Positions 52,336 through 63,539 of a stretch of 64,000 nt of DNA are shown one piece after another. Each line of letters starts with the position of its first letter. Position 1 is the first letter of the stretch. A program made the translations under genes and the position numbers. The notes under the pieces were generated by a model that saw only the letters and a program-made list of their open reading frames with translations, made no database searches and had not been told where the DNA came from. Origin of the DNA: Desulfobacterales bacterium (GTDB lineage Bacteria; Desulfobacterota; Desulfobacteria; Desulfobacterales; UBA2245); contig JAXGZF010000007.1 of assembly GCA_040771865.1 (NCBI GenBank), forward strand, positions 186,001 to 250,000, written 5' to 3'.

Positions 52336-53529
52336 CTATGCAATAATTTCGCTGACCACGCCGGCGCCGACAGTTCGGCCGCCCTCACGGATCGCAAATC
52401 TGAGCTCTTTTTCCATCGCTATCGGTGTGATCAGCTCCACGCTGATCGTCACATTGTCTCCCGGCATGATCATCTCTACGCCCTCCGGCAACGACAACAC
52501 ACCTGTCACATCCGTCGTCCGAAAATAAAACTGAGGCCGGTATCCATTGAAAAACGGCGTATGACGCCCGCCTTCCTCTTTGCTCAAAATGTACACCTCG
52601 GCCTTGAACTTCGTATGCGGCGTTATCGAACCCGGCTTCGATACTACCTGACCACGCTCCACTTCCTCCCGCTTGGTCCCCCGAAGCAACAATCCTACAT
52701 TGTCTCCCGCCTGCCCCACATCCAGCAGTTTGCGGAACATCTCCACTCCCGTGCATACCGTCTTGAACGTCGGCCGAATACCTACAATCTCAACTTCCTC
52801 ACCCACCTTCACCTGGCCTCGCTCTACACGGCCCGTCACCACAGTACCACGCCCAGAAATGCTGAATACATCCTCTACAGGCATCAAAAAAGGCTTGTCA
52901 ATCTCGCGCTGCGGCTCAGGAATAAACGTGTCTATCGCATCCATCAACTCAAATATGCATTTCGCCTCCGCACTGTTCGGATCGTCACTCTCCAGCGCCT
53001 TCAACGCACTCCCTCGAATGATCGGCGTCTCGTCCCCGGGAAACTCATACTTGTCCAAAAGCTCCCGAAGCTCCAACTCCACCAGCTCGATCAGTTCCTC
53101 GTCGTCCACCATGTCGCACTTGTTCAAAAATACCACTATCCGGGGCACACCCACCTGCCGAGCCAGCAATATGTGCTCACGCGTCTGCGGCATCGGTCCG
53201 TCGTCAGCACCTACCACCAGTATCGCTCCATCCATCTGCGCCGCACCCGTGATCATGTTCTTGATATAGTCCGCATGACCCGGACAGTCCACATGGGCAT
53301 AATGACGCTTCTCCGTCTGATACTCCACATGCGCCGTCGCTATCGTGATCCCCCGCGCCTTCTCCTCCGGCGCCTTGTCTATCTGATCAAACGGCACAAA
53401 ATCCGCCAACCCCTTCAATCCCATATGCTTCGTGATCGCCGCTGTCAACGTCGTCTTTCCATGGTCTATATGACCTATCGTACCCACATTCACGTGCGGC
53501 TTCGTTCGCTCAAATTTCTCCTTCGCCAT
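52336..53529 (-). CDS. tuf: elongation factor Tu (tufB position)
   Basis: 397 aa, identical to the other copy except for the last residue. Confidence 0.99.
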   Translation of the reverse strand: MAKEKFERTKPHVNVGTIGHIDHGKTTLTAAITKHMGLKGLADFVPFDQIDKAPEEKARGITIATAHVEYQTEKRHYAHVDCPGHADYIKNMITGAAQMDGAILVVGADDGPMPQTREHILLARQVGVPRIVVFLNKCDMVDDEELIELVELELRELLDKYEFPGDETPIIRGSALKALESDDPNSAEAKCIFELMDAIDTFIPEPQREIDKPFLMPVEDVFSISGRGTVVTGRVERGQVKVGEEVEIVGIRPTFKTVCTGVEMFRKLLDVGQAGDNVGLLLRGTKREEVERGQVVSKPGSITPHTKFKAEVYILSKEEGGRHTPFFNGYRPQFYFRTTDVTGVLSLPEGVEMIMPGDNVTISVELITPIAMEKELRFAIREGGRTVGAGVVSEIIA

Positions 53530-53610
53530 CTCGTCCTCCCCTGCTTTTTTTGGAATTACAGTGAGAAAATCCTAATACTCACGCGCCAACGCCTGGAAAA
53601 TCTAAACTTT

Positions 53611-53687
53611 TGGAGCCCACGACCGGAATCGAACCGGTGAACCTCTTCCTTACCAAGGAAGCGCTCTACCGTCTGAGCTACGTGGGC
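53611..53687 (-). tRNA. tRNA-Thr(GGT)
   Basis: Cloverleaf, anticodon loop TTGGTAA, CCA end. Confidence 0.96.
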
Positions 53688-53741
53688 CTTATTTTATTCG
53701 AAAATCCGCGAAGGCCTTTTCAGCGCATCTGTTTGATCATC

Positions 53742-53817
<76 letters not shown>

Positions 53818-53971
53818 TGATTTAATAATTTCAATTATCACCCGCAGGTCCTGCCAGCGACAATTTCTCCCCAAGTGCGCCATGCGCCGTAAGAGTTATG
53901 CAGGAAGCCATGTAGTCCTTTCGATTTGGGCGGCAAACCCAGAAATCTCCTACACCTGCTTACAATGAGGA

Positions 53972-54056
53972 TGGTGGTGGGGGGAGGATTCGAACCTCCG
54001 AAGGCATCGCCGACAGATTTACAGTCTGTTCCCTTTGGCCGCTCGGGAACCCCACC
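53972..54056 (-). tRNA. tRNA-Tyr(GTA)
   Basis: 85 nt with long variable arm, anticodon loop CTGTAAA. Confidence 0.97.
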
Positions 54057-54078
54057 ATAAAAATTATTTTCCCTGTTA

Positions 54079-54154
54079 TGGAGCCAGCGGAGGGACTCGA
54101 ACCCCCGACCCACTGATTACAAATCAGTAGCTCTACCTGCTGAGCTACGCTGGC
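54079..54154 (-). tRNA. tRNA-Thr(TGT)
   Basis: 76 nt, anticodon loop TTTGTAA, CCA end. Confidence 0.96.
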
Positions 54155-54708
54155 TCGGGCACGACACCAACCGCAAAACGCCTCCATACACCGTCAATAA
54201 AGTTCAGTTATTTACCCATATCGCCCAGAAAACTCAACCACGATAATAGTTAATTAACGTCGATTATCCAGAAATATTGGCATTAAATTAATATATTTCT
54301 TCCATAGGATTTGATTCTTGCCTATAATCATAGATAAACGAACTCATCCGTGCAAGGCGGTCTCAAAAACCAGATTCAAAGTCCGTGTAATTTCAAATGT
54401 TTTTAGCCTAATCTTCATTGATCTAAAAATCAACACCTTTCTCTTCATGCAAGACGGTGACGTACGCGTCCGCGATGGTGCCGGATTTCACATGACTCAA
54501 CTTTCGGTTTTAAGCTGTGGCGGCCGACAGGTTGTTCTTTGACAAGCCGACGCATTGCAGAGCATTTTCCATGAATGCGTCGAAAAAGGCTGTTACGCAT
54601 TTACGGAGTTGAGCGGCGATTTCAACTTCTTGAAACCGCAAAGAATCTTATCAATTCGTAACCAACCGAAATAATCGCGGTAAACCTATATTTTTATTTT
54701 TCGATAGA

Positions 54709-55353
54709 GTCCATCCGCGGCAATAACTAACTGTAATTTATAAATAAAGCGCATTTTGTGGTGGACTTTCCATTCTTTTTGCAGTATGATGAAAGCGTCC
54801 AACCAATCGAAATTGCTGCAAAAAAGAAATGGGCCGCCGTAAAATGCGAGAAAAAAGTCAAAAACAATTGACGCTGATGAATCCGGCTGTCGATCATCCG
54901 CAAGCCAGGGAACTGGAAAGCATCAGTTGGATTCTCGATCAGGAAGCCGACATAGTGGACATGGTTCATCAAGATCTTTGTCAGGGTCGTCCGAAGGCGA
55001 CCGGCGCCTGTGGGATGAGCGCGGAGCAGGTTCTGAGAGCGGCTATTGTCAAGCGGATGTTTGGGCTCAGTTACGAGCTTCTTCTTCCCTTTCATCTGGC
55101 TGATTCGAACTCGTTGCAGCGGTTTTGCCGCATCGGCATTGCCGGCAGGCGTTTCAAGAAATCCGCCCTTGCCAAAAACATCAAGCGCATTTCTCCTCAG
55201 GCCTGGGAGCGGATTAATCGGATCTTGACGGTTCTCGGCAAAGAAGAAAACATCAAAAGAGGAAGCATCGTGCTCTCCACCGGCCGCCATGCGAATGCGT
55301 CAAAAATCTTCTTGACCTTGAAACCGACTTCAAATAATAAAGTTTTCATGTAG
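54709..55353 (+). mobile_element. truncated ISNCY-type element (left end plus transposase N-terminal fragment from 54844)
   Basis: GTCCATCCGCGG end; MREKSQKQL...ELESISWILD...GMSAEQVLRAAIVK...SYE.L.FHLADS...KKSALAKNIKRI. Homology is lost after about 55262. TGGACT-N17-TATGAT promoter. Confidence 0.78.
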
Positions 55354-55510
55354 GGCAGCCCGAACCAGGGCTTGAACAGGGAAGACGGTGAAAATCCGTC
55401 GCGGACCCGCCGCTGTAACCGGGGACGAAAGCTGCAAAATGTCACTGTTCCGAAAAGGAACGGGAAGGCGCAGCCGGTAGGATGATCCGGAAGCCAGAAG
55501 ACCTGCCCTC
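55345..55510 (+). ncRNA. cobalamin riboswitch upstream of cobQ
   Basis: AACAGGGAAGACGGTGAAAATCCGTC, CCCGCCGCTGTAA, CACTG...GGGAAGG and GCCAGAAGACCTGCC (B12 box). Confidence 0.95.
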
Positions 55511-55576
55511 AGACATATATCCGCTAAGGCCCCGCGGAAACGGGTCTGCGTGGAAATGTTCACGGATTAAAAACGG

Positions 55577-55614
55577 AATCCCGAACCTTCAAAAGAAGGT
55601 TCGGGATTTTTTTT
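55577..55614 (+). terminator. riboswitch expression-platform terminator
   Basis: AATCCCGAACCTTC-aaaa-GAAGGTTCGGGATT followed by a T-run. Confidence 0.9.
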
Positions 55615-55655
55615 GGTCTTGCCCTCGCTGAAAGACTGACAAAGGAAATTCAGGC

Positions 55656-57173
55656 ATGTCGCGAAAAGGAAACCCCAGCGCAGCGGTTTCAAAAAAACGG
55701 ACTCCGTCCCTGATGTTTCAGGGGACCGCTTCCAATGCGGGCAAAAGCATTCTCACGGCCGCCTTGTGCCGCATCCTGCTTCAGGACGGACTGCGACCTG
55801 CGCCGTTTAAGGCCCAGAATATGTCCCTGAACTCGTGCGTCACGAAGGACGGCGGAGAAATCGGCCGGGCTCAGGCAGTCCAGGCCCAGGCCTGCCGGCT
55901 GGACCCGGATGTGCGCATGAACCCGGTGCTGCTCAAGCCTCATTCGGACATCGGCGCCCAGGTGATTGTCCGCGGAAAGGCTGTGCGGCACATGACAGTG
56001 GGCGAATATATCGCCTTCAAATCCGAGGCCTTTGATGCGGTCAGGCAATGCTATGACTCGATAGCCGATGAATTCGACGCCGTGATTCTGGAAGGCGCGG
56101 GAAGCCCGGCCGAAATCAATCTCAAGCACCACGACATCGTCAACATGGCCATGGCCCGGCATGCCAGGTCCCCGGTGCTGATCGCCGGCGACATCGACCG
56201 GGGCGGCGTGTACGCCGCCTTTGTCGGAACCATGGAAATACTCGATCCGTGGGAGCGCGAACTGACGGCCGGATTTGTGATCAACCGGTTCCGCGGGGAT
56301 TCTGGCCTGCTGGAACCGGCCAACGACTATATCCTACGAAAAACCGGAAGACCCGTTCTGGGCGTCGTGCCCTATCTTCAGAATTTAGGACTTCCCGAAG
56401 AGGATTCGGTGAGTTTCAAGCAAAGAGCCGACCGGGTTTCGAAAAATGATTCAAGTGTTGAAATCGCCGTCATCGACCTTCCCCATATCTCCAATTTTAC
56501 GGATTTCGACGCCTTTGAAATCGAGGACGACGTACGCGTGTCCATCATCCGCAAGGCCGGGGATCTGAAAAATCCGGCGGCGGTGATTCTGCCGGGAAGC
56601 AAGAATGTCGCCGGAGACCTGGCCTATCTTGAAAGCAGCGGCATTGCCGGCGGGATTCGAAACCTCGCCAATCAGGGCCGCGCACGGATCATAGGCATCT
56701 GCGGCGGGTTTCAGATGATCGGAGAACGGATTTTCGACCCCCGCGGGGTTGAATCCACCGTTCCAACCCGAGCCCTGGGGCTGATCTCCCTGCGAACCGC
56801 CATGGAGCCTGAAAAGATCCTGGCCCGGACCTCCGGGGTTCACGTCCGGTCCGGAGATCCGGTTGGCGGCTATGAGATTCATCACGGCCGAACTCAGGCC
56901 CGGAATCTTTGCCCGATCATGAAAAAGGACGACGGAAAGCCCTTGGCTTTCGGCCTCGAAGATGAACGCATCTGGGGAACCTATCTTCACGGCGTTTTCG
57001 ACGCGGATGCCTTTCGCCGGCACTTCATCGACGTGCTGCGACGGGACCGGGACCTTGACCCGGTCGGAGAAATCCGCGCCCGCTACGACATCGATGCGGC
57101 CCTGGACCGCCTGGCCGACACGGTGAGAAGCCATCTGAATATGAACGCGGTTTACCGGATCATGGGAATATAA
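55656..57173 (+). CDS. cobQ: cobyric acid synthase
   Basis: [44 protein letters not shown] and GTYLHG motifs. Confidence 0.97.
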   Translation: MSRKGNPSAAVSKKRTPSLMFQGTASNAGKSILTAALCRILLQDGLRPAPFKAQNMSLNSCVTKDGGEIGRAQAVQAQACRLDPDVRMNPVLLKPHSDIGAQVIVRGKAVRHMTVGEYIAFKSEAFDAVRQCYDSIADEFDAVILEGAGSPAEINLKHHDIVNMAMARHARSPVLIAGDIDRGGVYAAFVGTMEILDPWERELTAGFVINRFRGDSGLLEPANDYILRKTGRPVLGVVPYLQNLGLPEEDSVSFKQRADRVSKNDSSVEIAVIDLPHISNFTDFDAFEIEDDVRVSIIRKAGDLKNPAAVILPGSKNVAGDLAYLESSGIAGGIRNLANQGRARIIGICGGFQMIGERIFDPRGVESTVPTRALGLISLRTAMEPEKILARTSGVHVRSGDPVGGYEIHHGRTQARNLCPIMKKDDGKPLAFGLEDERIWGTYLHGVFDADAFRRHFIDVLRRDRDLDPVGEIRARYDIDAALDRLADTVRSHLNMNAVYRIMGI

Positions 57174-58327
57174 ATGCCGGACTCCCTGCCGATCGTCTGC
57201 CCAAGAATCGTGATTTCCGCAGCCCACAGCGGGGCCGGCAAGACCTCACTGACAGCGGCCCTGACCGCCGCGCTGCGCCGAAAAGGGCTTCGAGTTCAGA
57301 CCTACAAGACGGGACCGGATTTTCTGGACCCATCCTATCTGAGCCGAATCTCCGGACGGCCCTGCTACAACCTCGACGGATGGATGATGGGAAAAGATCA
57401 TGTGATGCGGCTTTTCGCCTGCACCTCGGCAAATGCCGACATCGCGGTCATCGAGGGGGTAATGGGACTTTTTGACGGAAGTGATCCCGTGTCCCTGGAC
57501 GGCAGCACAGCCCAGATCGCCCGGTGGCTTTGTGCACCGGTGGTTCTGGTCGCCGGAGTCCACGGCATGGCCCGAAGCCTGGCCGCCCTGGTCAAGGGTT
57601 TTGCAGAATTTGAACCTGGAGTATCCGTGATTGGCGTGATCGCCGACCACTGCGGCTCGAAGCGCCATCAAAAGCACTTGGCCGAAGCCTTGCGCGCCGC
57701 CGGAGGACCGGAACTTTTCGGCGCGGTTAAACGCGGGACCCTTCCGGAATTTTCCAGCCGTCACCTGGGTCTGGTGACCGCCGATGATTCCATTCTCAAC
57801 GCGTCAGCCGTCAAGGCCCTGGCCGATATTGCGGACCGGGACATGGATCTTCAATCCATTTTAAACTGCGCCCGCCGGGCGCCGGCACTCTTACCCCCAC
57901 CTACCCCCCCGCCGGCGCCCGGCTCTCCGGTTCGCCTTGCCGTGGCCGATGACGCAGCCTTTCATTTTTACTATGCCGATTTGTTTGACGCTCTTTCCGA
58001 GCACGGATGCCAAACGGTGCGCTTTTCGCCCATTCAGGATTCCCGCCTTCCCGACGACGTGGACGGACTTTACCTGGGCGGCGGATATCCCGAGGTGCAT
58101 GCCGATGCCCTTTCGGCCAATTGCGCGATGATTCGGTCCATACGGGATTTTGCCGCCGGCGGCCGCCCCGCCCATGCCGAATGCGGCGGGCTGATGTATC
58201 TGAGCCGGACATTCAGTCTTCGAACGGCCGGAACCATGAATTTCTGGGCATCTTTCCCGTATGGAAGCGGATGCTCAAAAAGCGAAAGGCTCTGGGCTAC
58301 GTTCAACGGCCGCCCCTCAAAACGTGA
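57174..58327 (+). pseudogene. cbiA: cobyrinate a,c-diamide synthase, frameshifted near 58210 and truncated near 58307
   Basis: [29 protein letters not shown] and AECGGLMYL. Homology continues in another frame (HEFLGIFP...LGYVQ) and then meets the 3' end of the convergent gene. Confidence 0.88.
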
Positions 58328-60263
58328 GGTTCAAACCCGAGACAAACCGGATTCCATCGTCGGGGTAGCCGTAGTGAGCCTCGAAGTCGGCATCGAAAAG
58401 GTTCTCGATGTGGACGAACCACTCGGCGGCCAGGACTTTGATCTTGAAGGGTTTGACGGCCTTGAGGTCCATGGTTGCATAGGCGTCGATCCGCTGATCC
58501 TTGCGGTTTTCGGATTCGCTGTACTGATCGGAAACATACCGCGCCGTCGTTTCCAGGCGGACGGCGGAATTCTTCAGCGTATAGAGGAGTGAAAGCTTGA
58601 GTTTTACCGCAGGCGTGTAGGGCAGTTCCTTCCCGGTCTCACACACTTCCGAGTCCTGAACGATGGCGTTGAGATCCACGGTCAGTCCGTTTTCCAGCAG
58701 ACGCTTGAAGGTCGCCTCCATGCCGTGACGCCAGGACCGATCCGCGTTGACCGGCTGGTAGACCCGGTCGGCGCCGCGCTGGTAAACGATGGGATCCCGA
58801 ATATCGGACCGGAAAAACGAAACCTGAACCAGATGGTCCTTGTCCTTCCGGTATTCGATTCCGGCGTCACAGGACCAGATCCTTTCCTCATCGAGGTCGG
58901 GATTGCCCCGCACCTGATCGATGCTGCCGTGGCTGGGCTGGTAAAGCTGTCCGAAGGTCGGCGTTTTCACCGAGTACCCGGCATTGATCCTGGCCAGCCA
59001 GTGCGCGGCCAAACCGTAACTCAGCCCGCCGGAAAAACCCGGGCTGAAATCGAAATCGCTGGTTTGATCCCCGCGCATGCCGACCGTCGCGGAAAGGGCA
59101 TTCCAGCGCCGGTCCGCCTGGGCGCCGAGTCCCGCCGCAACCCGGCGGTGAAAACCGGACAGGGTGTGGTCCACCTCGTCGGTTTCAAAAATCCCGTTAA
59201 GACGAACCGACCACAGGTCGTTTTCATCGTTCCAGCAGCGCTCTCCCTTGATTCCCCATTTCATATCGTCCAGCGTGGAGGTGAATCCGGACTGGGATTC
59301 GTCCTTCAGGTCGATCGTGTCTCCGTACAGGTTCAAGGCGTATTCGCCGTTGTCTTCCAGAAATCCGCTCATGCGGCCGTCCAGGGAGGCCTGCCGGTAG
59401 GTCTGGCGGGCATCGGGAGTTGGATTGTCCAAGGGTCCCGCAGATCCGTGTTTCGATGCATAAAACCGGCCGTCGAGTACGATCCGCTGTGCTTCGGACC
59501 TTTCCCGGTCCCAGTGAAGCGAAGCGCTGCCCGTGTTCCTGTCGCTGTTGGCGCGCTTGCCATCCGCATGGGAACCGCCTGCCGAAGCCATGAACATGTC
59601 TGAATCATATTTCAGCTGATGGCTCACACTGCCCTCGACAACGCCATAAGAACCGCCGGCAAGGCGTATCTTGCTTGAACGGTTTTTTTCTTTTTCCCCC
59701 CTGTCCCGGGTAGTAATGCTGACGGCCCCGTCGCTGGCCCCTGGTCCCAGCCATACCGGAACCGGCGGTTTGAACACCGTGATGGATTGGACCATATCGA
59801 TGGGAATGGCGGACAGATCCACCCCGCCGTACTGATTGGTGTTCAGTGGCCTGCCGTTGAGCAGCACAAGTACCCCGCCGGAGTTTCCCGACCCGCGGAT
59901 GGAGATGCGCGAACCGATTCCGGAACCTTTCTTCACATCCACCCCGTCCATGGCGTTCAAGGCTTCTTCCACGCTGAGCATGTTGCGACTCAGAATCTCC
60001 TTTTGTCCCATGACCGACACCTGATTGGGATAATTTTCCACGTACGCTTCGATTCTTTCAGCCGTAACCGATATGGTCTCCAGAACCACAGGTTCAGCCG
60101 AATGGGCGTGGGCCTGCTGACCGTAAACAAGGGCATGCGGCATCAGCAGGAAAAACAGGGCCGGCACGACTGCCGGCAAACAACACAGACGCATGCGCCG
60201 ATTCGCCAAGTTCTTTCTCTTTCCGGAAAAAGAATGTTTCATGATATTCATATCTTTCGTCAT
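58317..60263 (-). CDS. TonB-dependent outer-membrane receptor (BtuB-like corrinoid receptor)
   Basis: TonB box ETISVTA, plug ISIRG...[15 protein letters not shown]-terminal Phe; downstream of a B12 riboswitch. Start uncertain. Confidence 0.9.
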   Translation of the reverse strand: MTKDMNIMKHSFSGKRKNLANRRMRLCCLPAVVPALFFLLMPHALVYGQQAHAHSAEPVVLETISVTAERIEAYVENYPNQVSVMGQKEILSRNMLSVEEALNAMDGVDVKKGSGIGSRISIRGSGNSGGVLVLLNGRPLNTNQYGGVDLSAIPIDMVQSITVFKPPVPVWLGPGASDGAVSITTRDRGEKEKNRSSKIRLAGGSYGVVEGSVSHQLKYDSDMFMASAGGSHADGKRANSDRNTGSASLHWDRERSEAQRIVLDGRFYASKHGSAGPLDNPTPDARQTYRQASLDGRMSGFLEDNGEYALNLYGDTIDLKDESQSGFTSTLDDMKWGIKGERCWNDENDLWSVRLNGIFETDEVDHTLSGFHRRVAAGLGAQADRRWNALSATVGMRGDQTSDFDFSPGFSGGLSYGLAAHWLARINAGYSVKTPTFGQLYQPSHGSIDQVRGNPDLDEERIWSCDAGIEYRKDKDHLVQVSFFRSDIRDPIVYQRGADRVYQPVNADRSWRHGMEATFKRLLENGLTVDLNAIVQDSEVCETGKELPYTPAVKLKLSLLYTLKNSAVRLETTARYVSDQYSESENRKDQRIDAYATMDLKAVKPFKIKVLAAEWFVHIENLFDADFEAHYGYPDDGIRFVSGLNLTF

Positions 60264-62284
60264 TCGCTCTTTTCCGCATCAGCCAGATGGATGGAAACCC
60301 CGGTAAAAATGGCGTTCAGGGCCATGGCAAGCGGCTTTGGCATGTCATCGTCCGTAAAATGGGAGTTTATGGCCTCCACCGGCATGCCGGCGATTCGGCC
60401 GGCCGCATCCAGACACCAGGATTCAAACAGAGCCAGGTCGTTGACCGTTTCCCGTCCGGCGCCGTCGCTCAGGGCCATGGCCGCTTCCAGAAAACCCGCG
60501 ATGGCGGGGTCCAGCAGGGTCTGCTCCACCTGTCCTGCAAAAGCGTCTTTTTCTCCAAAACAGTCGCAGCCGGAATCGGAGACCAGCTGAAAAATGCTTA
60601 ATTGACGGTCGGCGAGCCGCTGAAAGATGTCCCTTTTTCCGATTATCCCGTTTTGCCTGAATATCGCTTCCCGGACTGCGGCATATGCGGCCCGGGCGAT
60701 CAGCTCGCCCATCTTGCAGTGCCCCCCGGCATTGTCGATGGGCAGACCGTCCCCCTGAACCACGATGATGTTGTCCGTTCCGGTTCCGGTGGCCGCGGCG
60801 GTCAGGGGCAGACAGGTGCTGCGGATGTCCAGATCCTGAAGGGCGGCGGTTTTGCCCTCAGTGGCCGAGATAATGGCCCGGGTCAGGGCCCGGGGAGTCA
60901 GGCGCATGTTGGTGAGAAAAATCATGTTGATGGTTCCCGGCTCGTAGTAACTCCCGGTATCCGTTCCCATGCGGACCGCGTTGCCGCGCACTCCGGCGGT
61001 AACCAGGGCGTAAACCGCCATCTCCCTGAAGGTCTCCTTTTGAATGACCAGGTTGTCCATATCCGCGCCGGTAAACAGAAACGCGGCGGTTTTTTCATCC
61101 CGGCCGATCGCGGGATAAATCTCGTTTCGAAGCTCCTGAAGGCTTCTGGCGTGGTTCAGCGCCCAGCAGGGCGGCGGCGAATAGTGGTTGCCCACGGTCA
61201 GTATGCCGTCCCTTTGCCCCTCCAGGGTGGAAACCACGGTGCGGGGGGATTTAAAATCGACGATTAGGCTCTTGTTTTCGAAATCGTGAATCACGCTGGC
61301 AACGACGGCGGCTTCCCGAACAAACTCCAGGTCAACGGAAAGGGGCCGGACGCCGGTTACTCGGCGGGGCAGCAGTTCCAGGCCGGCATCGGAAAATTCC
61401 TCGGTGTAGATCAGGGAGGCGAACCAGGAAACGAAATAGCCCAGATGGCTGGCGGCCCGGCAGGTGAGATCGCAGGGAAACATGTAAATCCGCTGCCGTT
61501 TCACGGCATCCACGGATTTCCACCCCTCCTGAGAGAAAAAGGATTCGGCAGCTTTCCGGTCCCCGCCGCATCCGTAGAGAATCTGCGGATTGAAGCGCAC
61601 CCATTCATCCCGAGTCACCGACACAACGGCGCCGGGTTTTCCGAAATCCGGCGGAATGCCCCCGGCGGCCTGAATCATCTCATTCTGAAACGAATCGCTT
61701 CCCGGCGTCATCATCGTGTCCCGTCCCATGAGGCGCATCACCCGCTTGCGCTTCTCCGCCGGAATGTTTTCCACCTTTCGGGCGACAAAGTCCAGCTGAC
61801 GCCGGTTATTCTCCACCAGTTCATCGGCCGCGGCTTTCCTGTCAAACAACGCGCCCATCATCTGAATATGGTGAAATGCATCGCTCATCTTCCGTGTTTC
61901 CATCACCAGCGCCGGAACTCTGCCCAGCCTGGCGATGAGTTCCGAATGGACCGATGAAGCGATCACCAGGTCGGGCTTCAGGGCCAGAATCCGGTCCGCC
62001 GAGGGTGAAAAAAACCCGCCGACGATGGTCTTGCCGCCGGCACCGGGAATGCCGTCGCTGTGAAGGGTGATGCCGGCCAGGGCCTCTTCGGCACCGATGG
62101 CAAAAATGATTTCCGTGGCCGAAGGCATCAGAGAAACCACCTGCCGGGGCGGGGCATTCAGATGAACTTGATTTCCAAAGTCATCGACGATCTCAATAGG
62201 CCCCGCCCATACGGCCGAGCAGAAGCTGATCCAGGCAACCAGAACCCATTTCCATAATTTTCCGCAGTTCAATTGGTTTTTCAT
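60260..62284 (-). CDS. cbiZ: fusion of BtuF-like periplasmic binding domain and adenosylcobinamide amidohydrolase CbiZ
   Basis: Signal peptide; IVDDFG..VVSLMPSATEIIFAIG (class III SBP); FTGADM, VTAGV, PGTINM, ATEGK and TGTGTD (CbiZ). Confidence 0.9.
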   Translation of the reverse strand: MKNQLNCGKLWKWVLVAWISFCSAVWAGPIEIVDDFGNQVHLNAPPRQVVSLMPSATEIIFAIGAEEALAGITLHSDGIPGAGGKTIVGGFFSPSADRILALKPDLVIASSVHSELIARLGRVPALVMETRKMSDAFHHIQMMGALFDRKAAADELVENNRRQLDFVARKVENIPAEKRKRVMRLMGRDTMMTPGSDSFQNEMIQAAGGIPPDFGKPGAVVSVTRDEWVRFNPQILYGCGGDRKAAESFFSQEGWKSVDAVKRQRIYMFPCDLTCRAASHLGYFVSWFASLIYTEEFSDAGLELLPRRVTGVRPLSVDLEFVREAAVVASVIHDFENKSLIVDFKSPRTVVSTLEGQRDGILTVGNHYSPPPCWALNHARSLQELRNEIYPAIGRDEKTAAFLFTGADMDNLVIQKETFREMAVYALVTAGVRGNAVRMGTDTGSYYEPGTINMIFLTNMRLTPRALTRAIISATEGKTAALQDLDIRSTCLPLTAAATGTGTDNIIVVQGDGLPIDNAGGHCKMGELIARAAYAAVREAIFRQNGIIGKRDIFQRLADRQLSIFQLVSDSGCDCFGEKDAFAGQVEQTLLDPAIAGFLEAAMALSDGAGRETVNDLALFESWCLDAAGRIAGMPVEAINSHFTDDDMPKPLAMALNAIFTGVSIHLADAEKSE

Positions 62285-62405
62285 CTCTGTTCGCTTTCTT
62301 TTTCGTCGTAAATGACAACTATGAAACCATCTTCTATCCGGTTGCCTATTGTCTCATCACGAAAAGGCCTCCTTGTAAAAAAGATTACAGTTTGTCTGTC
62401 CGGAG

Positions 62406-62447
62406 AAATAAAAATCCCCGGACCGATGGTGATTTCGATCCGGGGAT
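62406..62447 (-). terminator. riboswitch-associated terminator
   Basis: ATCCCCGGA...TCCGGGGAT stem followed by TTTTATTT on the minus strand. Confidence 0.8.
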
Positions 62448-62507
62448 GTCCCTTTTTTATCCTTGGAATCTGAGCAGCGCGCTTCCGTCCACGAAACATA
62501 CGCTCTA

Positions 62508-62672
62508 CATTTCAGGCAGGTCTTCTGACTCACGGTTCGTCCTACCGGCCGCGCCTTCCCGACAGCAAACATCGTCAGTGGCGTTGTTACGGCTTTCGTC
62601 CCCGATTACAGCAGCGGGCCTGTCCCCGATTTTCACGGAGTTCCCTATTAAGCTCAACCGAGCGCCTGAATG
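62508..62672 (-). ncRNA. cobalamin riboswitch upstream of btuF-cbiZ
   Basis: Minus strand AATAGGGAACTCCGTGAAAATCGGGG, CCCGCTGCTGTAA, GCCACTG...GGGAAGG and GTCAGAAGACCTGCCTG. Confidence 0.95.
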
Positions 62673-62831
62673 TGAAAATGGATTTTTAATCAATTTCTCC
62701 GCCGATGTCAAGTCAAATGGAAAATAAATTTTCCTTCGCAGAGCTCATAAGAGGAAACATTCGCAAAATCTGCTGAACTGGTCTGAAAAACTGGACAGAA
62801 CACAAGCGGTAAAGCTGCTTTGCAGCGAAGG

Positions 62832-62877
62832 CCGGAAGGGTATGCCTGCGTGCGACACACACAGGCAGGCATTCCGG
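62832..62877. repeat. short palindromic REP-like element
   Basis: ATGCCTGC-gtgcgacacacacag-GCAGGCAT within an outer CCGGA/TCCGG inverted repeat. Confidence 0.5.
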
Positions 62878-62930
62878 GCAGCGAGGGAACAGGGGAGAGA
62901 AACAACCGGCGATTCGATGGAATAATCTGA

Positions 62931-63470
62931 TTATTTCAAAATCTTGAGAATTCTTCTAAATCGTTCTCCCTCGGCCGTCTTGAGCAGCTCGAACAGAGCG
63001 GTTTCCACACTCGTCAAACTGGCGCCAGCATCTCTCATTTTCTGCAAACCGATTTTCTTGTTCTCCATATTTCTTGAAGAGACACCATCGGTAACAACAT
63101 GAACCTCATACCCGAGATCCAACAGATCCGCTGCTGTCTGATAGACGCAGACGTGCGCCTCAATTCCGGCAATCAAAACCTGTTTTCGATTCAGCGCATT
63201 CAGAGCCTTCACAAAGCGGTTGTTCCGGCAGCTGCTGAAGCTGATCTTGCTGATAGGCTGAATATTGAATAAGATGCCTGCAATTTCAGGAATGGTGGGT
63301 CCCAGGCCTTCGGGGTTCTGCTCAACCCAGAGGATCGGAATGTCCAGAACCTGAATCCCCTTGATCAGCTTTTGAACGTTCTCGAACAGAAGTCCTTTCT
63401 CGTGCATCGAATGCGCTAGATTGCCTTGAATGTCGACAATCAGCAGGACGACGTTTTCGATATTGAGCAT
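62931..63470 (-). CDS. isochorismatase-family hydrolase (YcaC/ISOC-like)
   Basis: LLIVDIQ, EQNPEGLGPT and GIEAHVCVYQT motifs. Confidence 0.93.
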   Translation of the reverse strand: MLNIENVVLLIVDIQGNLAHSMHEKGLLFENVQKLIKGIQVLDIPILWVEQNPEGLGPTIPEIAGILFNIQPISKISFSSCRNNRFVKALNALNRKQVLIAGIEAHVCVYQTAADLLDLGYEVHVVTDGVSSRNMENKKIGLQKMRDAGASLTSVETALFELLKTAEGERFRRILKILK

Positions 63471-63539
63471 GATGCACCCCCTTATGTGACGCTCTCGAAT
63501 ATATTCTCAGCCATCCGGCGGTTCTCGTGGGCCTTTTCT

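Noticed and set aside
54200..54700. Coding or ncRNA content in the spacer between tRNA-Thr and the IS
   Set aside because: Only short ORFs without motifs and one hairpin (CGACGCATT/AATGCGTCG); nothing supportable.
58328..58592. C-terminal part of the 472-aa cbiA ORF call
   Set aside because: Out-of-frame read-through antisense to the TonB receptor; not CbiA sequence.
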